Shown: one piece after another, positions 1-11,300 of the stretch
Position numbering within the stretch: the stretch's first letter is position 1
How the letters are laid out: each line of letters begins with the position of its first letter
DNA from: Selaginella moellendorffii
Taxonomy: Eukaryota; Plantae; Lycopodiophyta
NCBI RefSeq assembly: GCF_000143415.4
Contig: NW_003314261.1
Coordinates: forward strand, 4,690,691 to 4,754,690
Direction of reading: 5' to 3'
Length of the DNA: 64,000 nucleotides
Position numbers and translations under genes: made by a program
Notes under the pieces: generated by a model
Database searches by the model: none
The model's input: only the letters and a program-made list of their open reading frames with translations
Told to the model about the DNA's origin: nothing

Positions 1-754
1 AATAACTTGCGTTTTTTGCGACGGTGAGGTCAGGAACTTCTCGACTAGAGTTTTCGAAAGCTGCGGCAAAATAGAATTGTGAAGTGTCCATTCTTTCCAA
101 AGGGTATTTTCTTTACCTTATCGGGAGGTCCAAAATCGTGAATGTCGGTTTTCTCAGTTTTCACAATATTAACACTGACGCTTTCCAGTGGCTCAATCAC
201 GTCTTTGTACACTACATCCTGACCTTTGACAACAATTTCCTACAGCGCAGGAAGTATAAACAACAACAACAAAAAAACACGAAGGATTCAAGAGCTACCT
301 CCCAGCCGAATGGATAGTAAAATACATAGCCATCGCTTTTGTCCAATGATGCCTTGAAGCCTGCAGGGGTTTCTGCAACATTCTTCCATCAACACATGAT
401 ATGAAAGCATTTGAGACACTCACTCTCGCCGCGGGCAACGTCGGGAGAGATCAACAACAATGTCCCGACGCCTACGAGAATCTCCCGACGCTTGGTCCTG
501 TCTACACGACAGATTAGCGGATACCTTCGCAAAGTTAGAGAGCTTTTACCATCAAAATGATCCAAGTTCATGGAGCTCTTCATCTTTATAGACTGTTTGG
601 TCTGTGAGATCCAAACGTGAGTGAACAGGAAAAGGTAGAAGCAGAAAATTGTGACCTTGGGGCATCCTCGCAATGCCGGAGGCATTTCTGAGTAAAATGC
701 GGCTACCTGCGGCTCCAGTGCGAGATAAATTGGTCTTCCACACCACGCTGCCAT
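1..754 (-). CDS. PPL1: PsbP-like protein 1 (thylakoid lumen), multi-exon, 3' end runs off the window
   Basis: Spliced exons 372-299 (ETPAGFKASLDKSDGYVFYYPFGWE), 239-117 (EIVVKGQDVVYKDVIEPLESVSVNIVKTEKTDIHDFGPPDK) and 60-1 (LSKTLVEKFLTSPSQKTQVI), with GT-AG introns, match the PPL1 family. Upstream Tat-type signal KRREILVGVGTLLLISPDVARG. The ATG at 754 is inferred. These three exons are absent from the ORF track. Confidence 0.88.
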
Positions 755-846
755 TCCTGGGCTCCTAGAGGCCAAAGCAAACGAGGAGCAGATAGACCCC
801 TCTCTGCACATCTAGACCGTTCAACTCGTTCAAGCTATAACCAAAC

Positions 847-2824
847 TTACGAAGAAATTACTGGATGAAACATCATGAAGTAGAAGCCACTGCAAACATA
901 AGAAAAAAAATGAGGATAAGAGACAACAAAATGAAAACTCACACCTCTATAGTTGCTGGTTTTCTCGAGTCTCCTCTCAAGTTCGTCCACCCAGCCACTT
1001 TCATCATCAAAGCATTCGGATCCGTCGAAGCTTAAAAGGGTAGACGGACGTGCTGATCTGATAGTCTCTTCCAGCGGGACAGGAACTCCCAGCTTCCTCA
1101 GGCCGGAGAAGTAAGGCCACTTGAACCACCTTAAAGCATCCGCGGTTATTTTTCTGCAGTTCCAAAGATCAAGCAGCTTCAGAACTCTTCCGGGATGCAT
1201 AGAGAGATGCGTAGCCAACACCATCACTGAGACGTCTCCTATCTGGTAGCAGTTCCGTAACCAAAGCTCTGCTGGTAGCACCCCATTCTGCACTAGCGAT
1301 AAAATGCTCGCGTCCGTAAGCTTCGGTATGAGTGAGAGATCAAGAGACTTTAACGTTTTCGCTGCCCTGCCGGCCATTAGAGCGACGATTCCATCGTCCG
1401 TGACCCTTGTGCAAGCTCTCAGAGAAAGTGATATCAACGACATCTTCCCCTTTGCAAGAGGATAAAGGCCGAAGTCGCTAACATCTGAGCCATCGAGCAA
1501 TAGCGTTTTCAAGTTGCATAGCTTGGAGATATGTCGCAGGCCAGCGTCACCGATGCTTCTACAGCCTCTGAGATTTAACACCTCCAAAGTGGTGCAACAG
1601 ACGAAGTGCCCGAGAGTATCATCGCTGAGCAAGTTGTTCAAAGACAAGTTCACGTTGACAAGCCCGCGAGGAACGGTTGATGATAAGTTGTGAAACGCCA
1701 AGTCGGTTAACTTACTCGTCTTCATAAGCTCAAAAGTGTGAAGCTTCGAGCAACTGTAGAGAATAGCCGCGCAGCTAGCGTCTGTAATCCGAGAGAAACC
1801 ACCGAGCCTTATACTCTCCAGCTGCTGCAGGCTGTGGATCATTATAAATACTCCAACGTCGTTGATTCGCTTGAAGAAAAATTTCGAGCCTCTGACCAGG
1901 GAAAGCCGACGCAACCGAGTAAGAGCTCCAAGTTTCTGAATGCCCGCATCTGTTAAGTCGTTCTGATAAGCCTCGGATGGCTCGTCCCGCAACTCAAGCT
2001 CCAAAAGCATAGGCAGGTTCTCAGAAACGCATTGCACAATAGCGTCGGTGATATGGTAGAGAACCAAGGACAGCCTTTGGAGTTTGTACTGCGAGGCTGG
2101 AGACGCTGTGGCGTGGATAAGCTTGAGACCGTGCTCTTCCGAAAGACCACCAATCTCAAGAACTAATAGCGAAGGTAGGACAATACCACCAAATACCAAA
2201 ACCTCCGGATCAAATAGCAGCGACAAGGACTGGAGTAAAAAACGCGTATGAGCACACAATGAAGAAAAGGCAAGAACATACCTCCAAAGAATGGCAGTGC
2301 TGGAGTGAAGCTAAAGACATCGTTGTGGTATCCGAGCACGGATTTATCGATAGACGCCTATAGGACGATAGGAAAAAGATTTAGCATACAGTATATCAAG
2401 GCCAGACTCTTACCGGAGGTTGCGAGCAGTGAGACCAATGTCGTGAAAAAACCCCGGCGAGAATTCTGTGCAGTACTCGAGGTGGAGTTCCTCCAGCTGA
2501 GGCTTGGCAATAAGGTTTACCATATCATCCTCCAGAGCCACACCACGGAGTTTCAAACTTAATCGTGAGCTCGACGAGCCAATGCTCGACGTTAGGAGCC
2601 GTTTCAATGTGGCACGATCCAGAGAATAGTCCTAGAGAGCCCGGAGATCAATAGCTGATGGGCATTTCTACGCGACATACCTCAAGATGAAGATTTTCCA
2701 AGAACGGCAGCTCCTGATCGACAGCGGCTTTCAGTACCCGGCAGGTCGACGCTGCCGCGAAGAGAGAAGAGAGATCGAGCAGAGAAACTATGTCCTGGAG
2801 CACGGACAGCGGGAGGCGCTCCAT
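847..2824 (-). CDS. F-box/LRR-repeat protein (FBL10-like), multi-exon
   Basis: N-terminal F-box (MERLPLSVLQDIVSLLDLSSLFAAASTCRVL; ATG at 2824), then cysteine-containing LRRs (LNLRGCRSIGDAGL, LSLRACTRVTDDGI, LDLWNCRKITADAL). The exact 3' end is uncertain (possible donor near 940). Confidence 0.88.
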
Positions 2825-2904
2825 CGCTGCCAAGCCCTAAGTAATGTAGATTCAATCAACAGTTCTAGTTTTTTTGTTTAATAAAAAAGTATGGGGCTCG
2901 GCAC

Positions 2905-3230
2905 TAATGTGTATAAACGAATGCCGTGTTTTAACGCGATTTTCGTCACTGCAAACTCCAAGCAAGGTATGTTCTCATGCTTGAGGAGATCTGCCAAGAA
3001 GGTCAATCTCGAATCCGCCGTTATCAACCATTCGGCCTTTGCTCAAGTGTGCTGGTGGAGGAGCGCTGCGAAAACGAAGAGAGAGACGTGGTGGATTCCC
3101 CCACTCGAGATCCAATGCCCGCTGGAGGGAAGGAGAAGGATTCCCACAGCGAAAGCCGAAGCTGAAGACCCCACAATCTTGAGTGTTCAACCAGATCATG
3201 TTGTCGTCAGGGCCATCGATCGCAGCTACA
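2905..3230. pseudogene. Rearranged relic of the 5' part of the PPR gene at 27769-29766
   Basis: 2908-2972 matches the reverse complement of ~29200-29278 (VYKRMPCFN..TANSKQG vs VYERMPCFN..TANAKHG). 2976-3228 matches ~29410-29717 in direct orientation, with deletions. Confidence 0.75.
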
Positions 3231-4471
3231 TTTGTCCACAGCCATTGTCACAAATTAACTAAGACTTTCTTAGGCTGTAGTTTAGACAAAACCGGTTACT
3301 GATATGCGACTGGGTTTAATGTGTAAGTTATCTGGTCAGAATCGCAGTGCATGAAGAGTTCAGTTGTTTTCATTTTCCATTTCGTTCTTCTTTTTCCTAA
3401 AATAAAATTATAATGAATCACACAAAGCTCTGGTTACCATTGTTCTTGCTAAGAAACCATGGTTTATTTGCAATCCATTTGTGCATAACTATAAAGCATA
3501 GGAACCTATTTATATGCATGGTTCACTCCCTTTAGCCTTGGTCTTCATCCCAGGAGTGCTCCGTCCCTAAGTGGGCTATTGCCTATCATGGCTGGTTGGT
3601 ATTTTGGTAGAGTGGTCTGGTCTTGCAAGTTGTGATATCTTAGGCACTAAAAGAGGACATGGAAGACAGTCTTTACTTGCCCGAGATTGCATTGGTGACA
3701 CAGCCTTCACTCTGGGTACAAAGGCCAAGGTGTTGTATCATGGACTTTTCGTATTGAAAAACATTAAATGTAAGCTAAGAAGAGCTCAAATAATTTATTG
3801 TGCTTGTATAACAACATTTGGTTTACTTTAGAAAGTTTAAGGAAAGAAACAAACAAACATTAATAATATTTTGCCATAGGGGTTATGACTGTGGCCATGA
3901 TTAGTTTCAGGCTAAAGGCCGTGGTTTACAGCTTGCTCTGGCACTATTTTTTTTCAAATATTAATAATACAATATAAGTGGTAATAACAAATATTATAAA
4001 TATAATTATAATAATTTCCTGATAAAATTGAATTTTATTTTCTAATAAAGACATATAAACCCTAAATCTGGTATAAATGTAGCAAACTCATAATTATAGG
4101 TAATAAAGGATATTATAAAAGAGCAAAAGGCTTAAAATGTTTTATTTTTGATAGATAACATAATTGATGGAGCATCTAGGGAAACTAGTTTTTTTCCTCC
4201 TTGTTTTTCTTATAACATTGGCCAAGAACTACCTCCTGACTGTGAGGAACCTCATCATAGTATGTGAGCAAATTTGCTGCTGCCCAGACAAATGTGAGTT
4301 TTAGTTTTGGTTTTCCCTTTTTGTTGGTGACAGTTAATTCCCTATGCTGGAGCTGAAGGAACAAGTGATGAACATGCAATTTGTGCTGTTATCCATATCA
4401 CCATCATAAATTTCATCATTGAGTACTTGACATCCATTCATGTGGTTTTTTTTTTGTATGCTTGCTCACTC

Positions 4472-4582
4472 TGAAACTTGAGGACTAGATTTGTGAGATA
4501 TGCAATAATAAGATTGGGCTTCAAGCACACTTTGAAACTTGAGGACCAGATTTGTGAGATATGCAATAATAAGATTGGGCTT
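4472..4582. repeat. Tandem duplication, ~61-bp period, 2 copies
   Basis: tgaaacttgaggacyagatttgtgagatatgcaataataagattgggctt occurs at ~4472 and ~4533. Confidence 0.85.
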
Positions 4583-5019
4583 GTCTGCTACATTGACCTT
4601 GGCTTTGATTCTTGTGTTTCACTTACTCTTCCAGTGGAATGGTGCAATTTGGCTTGGAACTCTTGCATTATGTAAAGATATTCTCAACTAACAGTAAACA
4701 TGGTTTTCTTTATCTTTTTTACCTGGTAGGCCCTCACAGCTCCTTCTCACGTGATGAATGCCATAGTAGTTGAGGCATACAAGATGTTCATACTAGTGTG
4801 CCTAATTCCCTTCTACCAATTGACACTTCTGACATAATGAGAAATCTCATTAGGTCCCTCTGTTTCAGAAAGCTGCACTCGATCGCAAGCTTCCAACCAA
4901 AGTTCTTTCAAAGAAGCTGTTAAGTACAGCCAAGAGAACACAAAAGGACAGGACATGAACATCATCTATAAAGAATCAAGGGACAAGTAAGAGTATATAA
5001 AGAGTGCTTAGAGATATTT

Positions 5020-5211
5020 TTGGGTTTTAAATGTATGAGGTCAAGCATGGTTGACCAATGTGAGGTATAATTTAGCTCTTGCTTGCGTGTTTATATTTGT
5101 TTTGCGTCTGGCTTGGGTTTAATCTCACATTTCATTCCATACTAGCTGGTGGAGTACCCATATCCTCGCATTATATGTAGTGCACGTGGTTTTGACCCTT
5201 TATCCTATGGT
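5020..5211 (+). repeat. Internally deleted copy of repeat family C, inverted against the adjacent copy
   Basis: 5040-5173 is the reverse complement of 5532-5665. It ends in the palindrome ttatcctatggt-gattt-accataggataa. Confidence 0.75.
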
Positions 5212-5216
5212 GATTT

Positions 5217-6297
5217 ACCATAGGATAACACCACGAAGCGGAACCTAAACCCTCTTTGTGCCACGTGACAGATGCCACGTGTCTATAGGAACCCAAGGTT
5301 CAGGGCCTTGGGCCACTGAACGAATGAACGGTGCCAAACTCCCAAGCGTGGAGCCAAGGAGTGATGGAACCGAACCACGGAGCAACTCCCGAGCATACAG
5401 CCCAAGGAGCAAAGGGACAGGGGCCCGGAGCGACTTGGAACAGTCTTGGAGCAACCAGCATCCCAATGCCAGGACTAGCACGCAAAACGGAGCTAAACAG
5501 AGTCTGGCACTATTTCAGCATACCGGTGGCCTAACGTGAGGATATGGGTACTCCACCAGCTAGCATGGAATGGAACTTGGGCTTAAACCCAAGCCGGACG
5601 CAGAACAAGGACAGGCACGCAAGCGGGAGCTAGACTATGCCTCAGGTTGGTCGGCCATGCCCGACCTACCCACTATCCCTACTATACATTTGGAACCCCC
5701 CATAGCCCCCCCCCCCCCTTGAGGAACACACGCTTTGGGCTTTCACCCCAAGTTTCCCTTAGTATCAGGAGTTAGTCTCTGGGACAAGCTCGAAACTTAC
5801 TAAATATGGAATGTCCTTAGATTGTGAATTTGGACATGGGACGAACACCATTGTGTTCAGGCCAATCTCTACATTCCGTAGATATGCCAAATGGGCAAAT
5901 CTGGACACTTTCCATAAATAGCATTTAGGACCGAAATGAGACTAACACAAAGGGCATGATAGCGAGGGTGTTTGGCAGACACGGTAAGCTATCATGTAGC
6001 AATATTGAGGGACCAATTTCAATACGCGAGTGTTCTTGTCAAGCCAGTGCAAGACAGAGCAAAAGAGAACTAAAAAGCCGGGCCGAGTATGCTCAGTTAA
6101 ATAGACACTTAGGAATTCCTTCCTTATGCTCATCCGGCCAAGTACAGATGCTAAGCCCAGTTTACTAACACTTGAACAAGAGGGACTAATAAAGGGTCCA
6201 GCAATACCGACCTTCTGCCATCGTGGCAGTAAGGTAAGAGTGTCCGTAAGGATTAGTCGACAGGTAACTTTCGATACCCGAAGTCACATTCGCGACA
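5217..6297 (-). mobile_element. LTR-like repeat family C (~1.1 kb)
   Basis: Begins TGTCGCGAATGTGACTTCGG on the minus strand at 6297. An independent copy at 10381 begins at the same TG, which defines the terminus. Contains a poly-C/G tract. Confidence 0.65.
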
Positions 6298-6899
6298 TTA
6301 TACCACCAATAGTGTCAAACTTTGTTTGGCTCCATTTTACATGTATTAAAATGTTAGATGCTTTAGGACTATTTTAAGTCTTTTTATACTCCTATCCTTT
6401 CGCTCTTTGGCTCTATGTTTAGGAGTTTGCCTTTGTTCCTTTATTTAATGGCTCAAGACCCTAAAACTTGAGTTCCACTCTACTATCTTTGGACACATAA
6501 CATGTGGTATATGGCATGTAACACATGGCACATAAAGGATTTAAGTTCTGGTTATCCTATGATAAATCACCATAAAATAAAGGGTGAAAACCACATGTGC
6601 TACATAAAGTCTCGTGCGATTCAAATCCCTTGTTCCTTGGATGACTTCCTCTTAGAAATCTTAAGCCATATATTCCATCAAAAGATTGCTTTCTATGTGG
6701 GGTTTTCTTGCTCAATCCTGTGCAATTACTGATAATGTGTTCACTACTTCTAGCCATGCTACTCAAGCCAAGCTTTTCACTATCTAAGGAACATCCCAAT
6801 GAGGAGCACTACCTTATGACTGGGTTTTTACTGCTGGCAACTCTTCTTTTAATCATCTAACCTTAAGGCAATCAAATGTTGAGGTTGCAGCCTCTAGCT

Positions 6900-8620
6900 C
6901 CCCTCCCAAGTGCAAATGGCTATGGCTTTACTCTTTTTCCACCATTGTGGGGAGCTGACAATTATTCCATCCTAGACATAGTGAAGTGAGAAAAAAAATT
7001 ATTTTGGAGCGACTCTTCCCTAGATATCTCCCTCACCAATGGTAGTAAGTGGGGAGATTGGGCACTCTCTTATATACACTCTTCTACCTCTGGCCTCACC
7101 TTTGATCATGGTAGTCATGGCATTGGATGATGCACTCCTCCACACCCTAAGTCACCAAAGGTTTTTTACACCTTCGAAGCTTAATAGAAATATTCACTTT
7201 TGTATTGACTATTCTCTATTATATAATGCAACAATCCCAAATATATACCCTCTTTTTGCCAATTTACTAGATCATTTTGGGCAAAGTTGTGGGTTCATTA
7301 TTGGCAAATGCTGATAGATAAGGAGGCCTTAAAATTGTTTTCTGTCTACCATTTAGTTTGTACAAGTATTTAGTGATGCTATTCAGAACAATACTTTAGT
7401 GATTTTTTAGCAAATGATAAATGAGGCTTTTTGCAATATACCATAAGTGACTATCAAATTCATTAATGATATCTTAATCCATTTAGAGGGGATGTGGGAA
7501 GAGCACATCCATAATGCTCAAAAGGTGTTAAATTGGTTATAAAAAATTTATTTAAAGTTGAAGTGATCAAAATGTGTAATAATACAATTTATTTGGGGTA
7601 CATGAAAATTTGTAAGATGATCTTAACAAACTTATGGGTATTTTGAAGTTCTCTATTGCTTGAACGATATATTATATTTCCTTAAAATATCTTAATTATT
7701 TTATTAATCATCTTTTTGATTATACTACACCACTATTGCTAAAGTCATATATATTGTCTTTGGTGTAAAGACTATGAATAAACATTTGTGGATCTTAAAG
7801 AAATATTAACAAATCTTTCAATTTTGGTATATCTTAATTACACTCAGCCTTTCATCTTATATATGGATATAACTGATGCTAATGCCCTTTCTCAAGTTGC
7901 TCTCCCTTATTTTCTCTCTTTTTGTATTCTTGATTAGTTTGTTATTATAGCATCAACGGATTTTCTGGATAATGATTTTGTGCCATCATCAATTGTTGTA
8001 CTTTATGTTTAGTGTGCATAAAGTGTAAAGTTAGATTTAATTTCTCTTGATAAGATTTATGAGGTTTAAAAGGTAAAGCTATGGATTGAAAGCTTCGTGA
8101 TACTAATAACTAGTCATTTTCGCATTTATATTTTCAATATCACTTATAAGATGACATTCTTTACTTTATAAATACTAATACTAATCACTATATGCAACTA
8201 GTATTGCCTTTGATCTTTATTTCATAGTTTCTTTATATAACAACTCATTTAGACCTTTAAAGGGATGATCATAAATTATATGAACTTTAGTATTCAAATT
8301 GAGATGGTTATTTAAGCATTCTTCCACTTATTCAAGTAGAGTTTGTTAAACACTTGGGTTGTATACAAGTGGAACAACAATGGCATTACAACTTTTATCA
8401 TTATCCACATATAAAGTATAAAGTGGATGATTTGATATTAATTTTTTTTCCAATCTTATGGTATATGGTTTTTATAAAGGGCTTCTTGCTTATATCAAGT
8501 ATTGTAACAAGTTAAATTATAAATTTACCAATTCAACAAATTGATCCTCTAAAAATTATGCATGTCTAGTGGTTTAAACACTTCATATAAAGAAATAAAA
8601 AAAAAGCTACATCATTTACA
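6900..8620 (+). mobile_element. Heavily degraded Ty3/Gypsy pol relic
   Basis: RT motifs FCIDYSLLYNATIPNIYPL (~7200) and FINDILIH..WEEHIHNAQKVL..LKLK*SKC (~7460-7575), among many stops. Boundaries are approximate. Confidence 0.65.
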
Positions 8621-9224
8621 AGTCCACTAATGCTTTCTTTTAATATTCCTCTAAATCATAGCTCATAAACTAAAGAACCCTAACTGCCTTTTATATTTCT
8701 AGAGATGATGTGAAGTCTATGTCTCTAGCTATAATAGCATATACTAAAATTAGTATAATGGATTTTGATAATCTAGACCACTCACTTCTCTATATAAGCT
8801 AGAGATTTTGGGCTACCTAACTTAATATTAAAAAACATTTATCAGCATTATTTTTATCTGGATCTAGGTATTAATATATTTTACTATAAAATTACTAATA
8901 CAACTGGATATAATTATATTATAGAGTTATTAACATTCTTATTCTTATATTTGTTTTGTAATCCTAAGCTTAATTTTACAATACCTATATAATACTTCTT
9001 TTCTTCTCATCATTGGCTTTGCCCAATTTATTTAGTTTCTAAATTTTTATTTCAATATGTTTTAAATATTTTATCACTTTATAAATTTAAATAGAATTTA
9101 GTAAAAACAAAAATAATTTATTATACATTGCATTGCAATAGTTTTTGGTTTGATGATTTATTTAAATATTATTTCCATTAAAAAATTACTACCAATTATA
9201 AGTCTTGAAATATACTGAATTTAA

Positions 9225-10259
9225 AAATTGATGACCTTAAAATAATAGTAAAAGATTCCTCAGAAATAATGAGCAAGTTTAAGGAGGATCTAGATTTTTT
9301 CAATTTAGTAGCAAGCTCTAAAATAAATAGGGGAAATTGGTGGGAATATGGTTGCCAAACTCAAACTTGCTAAATTGGGGAGAGGAATGGGAATTCAAAT
9401 GGTTAAAACAAGGTAAAATGACAAGGTACTTGGGCTTTCAAGTTGGCCATGAATATGACCCTCTCCCGCAAAATCAAAGAGCAATAAATAAACTTAGAGA
9501 TCAATTGAGATTTTGGGCTTCACAAAATATATCTTTTTCAGCAAGATGTGTAGTGGTAAATAACATTGTGTTAGGGGCAATATGGTTCTTAGCAGTATCA
9601 TGGAATTTAAATAAAAGAACTTTGAAGGCCATGTATAAATTGATCAAAACATATGTATGGAAGGGGAATCAATAGTCTTAAGAGGAAGCACTAAGGTAAG
9701 ATGGAGTTTAGTTACAAGAGCGAAGTAGAATGGAGGGATAAATATAATTGACATAAAAGGGTAGTGTAAAGCTCTATTATTTAAGGTCTTCCATCATATG
9801 AATATGCCTAGAAATCAACTATGGAAACTATTGTTATGCCACCAACTTTTAAAGGTTATCCTAGACAGACTAGAGCACACAAGGTGTTCTAGGAAATATA
9901 TTTGGTCTTAGCAACTTTAAAACATAGTCAGCGAAAAGCCACCTTTCATCTTTTTCCCAGTTTTAACTCTTCAAGCTATAGAAAGAATTCAAGGGAAAGA
10001 TGGAAAAAAGAAAACTTGCAAACAAATATGAACTAGATTGACAACTAATAAATTGTTCCAATATAAAGAGAGATGTTTGGGGGAAATAAGTGATAGAAGA
10101 ATAGACAAAATGTGTCGGGACATATAGAAGGCTGGAATGAGTACTTTTATAGAAGTTAACTTGATTGTAAAAGTGGGAGAAATAGAAAAAAATAAGGATA
10201 TGCTAAAAGCCTTTTATGGACTAGAAATATTAGCGCACTAGTTAAAAAATTCAAGATGG
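9225..10259 (+). mobile_element. L1-like LINE ORF2, 5' portion (RT domains 5-7 and downstream), degraded
   Basis: IDDLKII..LDFFNLVASSKINRG, TRYLGFQV, FWASQNISFSARCVVVNNIVLG. An additional RT-like remnant (DFDNLDHSLL-YKLEILG) lies near 8760. Confidence 0.75.
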
Positions 10260-10340
10260 CATTTCTCAACGGAACCTCACTCTAAGCCCATGGCTAGAGC
10301 ACCCAAAGGCAGAAGGTGGGGAGAGTACCCATGAGGCTCG

Positions 10341-11300
10341 ATTCTCTTGAGCACCATTCGATCTCTATATTCACTCTAGCTGTTGCAAATGTGACTTCGG
10401 GTATCGAAAGTTACCTGTCAGCTATCCTTTCAAATATTCTTTCCTTACTGCCACGACGGCAAGAGGTCGGTATTGCTGGACCTATTATCAATCTCTGCCT
10501 AAGTTAGTTGAGAAACTGATTATCACATGTGCATTTAGACCGGAAGGGCACTAAGGAAAGAAATCCTACATTGTCATTTAGTCAAACATACTTGGCACGG
10601 TGACGAGAAACTCATAATGTTGACTTGCACTTGCTAATGTTGTGAACCCTTGTGATATTGAGCTTGGTCCCTCAATATCTGTTAGATGATAACTTACCGT
10701 GTCTGTTAAACACCCTTGATATTATGCCCTTTGTGTTAGTCTCATTTCAGTCCCAAATGCTATTTATGGAAAGTGTGTAAATTTACTCATTTGGCATATC
10801 TACGGAATGTAGAGATTGTTCTGAACACAATGGTATTTGTCCCATGACAAAATTCACAATTTAAAGATATTCCATATTTAGTAAGTTTTAAGCTTGTCCC
10901 AGAGTCTAACTCTTGATATTAAGAGAGGCTTGAGGTGAAAGCCCAAAGCATGTGTTCTCAACGGGGGGGGGGGGGGGGGGGGGGGCTATCAGGGGTTCCA
11001 AATGTATAGCAGGGATAGTGGGTAGGTCGGGCATGGCCGACCAACCTGAGGCATAATTTAGCTCTTGTTTGCGTGTCTGTCCTTGTTTTGCATCCGGCTT
11101 AGGTCTAAGCCCAAGTTCCACACCATGCTAGTTGGTGGAGTACCCATGTCCTCGCGTTAGGCCACTAATATATTGAAATAGTGCCAAACTCCATTTAGCT
11201 TTGTTTTGCATGTTGGTCCTAACATTGGGATGCTGGATACTTTAGAATTATTCCAAGTCACTTCATGCTCCTGTCCCTTCACTCCTTGGGTTGTTTTTAT
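10341..11300 (+). mobile_element. Captured fragment of repeat family C (40-bp flank plus ~910 bp from its TG end) inside the LTR-B half
   Basis: 10381-11290 is an inverted copy of ~5400-6297. It is flanked by a ~54-bp direct duplication of LTR-B sequence (10287-10340 / 11301-11354). Confidence 0.75.

Noticed and set aside
3300-4950. Short ORFs left of the TE island
   Set aside because: No recognisable motifs or consistent exon structure.
5217-11290. Inverted C copies as terminal inverted repeats of one DIRS-like or DNA element
   Set aside because: The right copy is a truncated capture inside LTR B, and the intervening DNA is a mix of Gypsy and LINE relics with no tyrosine recombinase or transposase.
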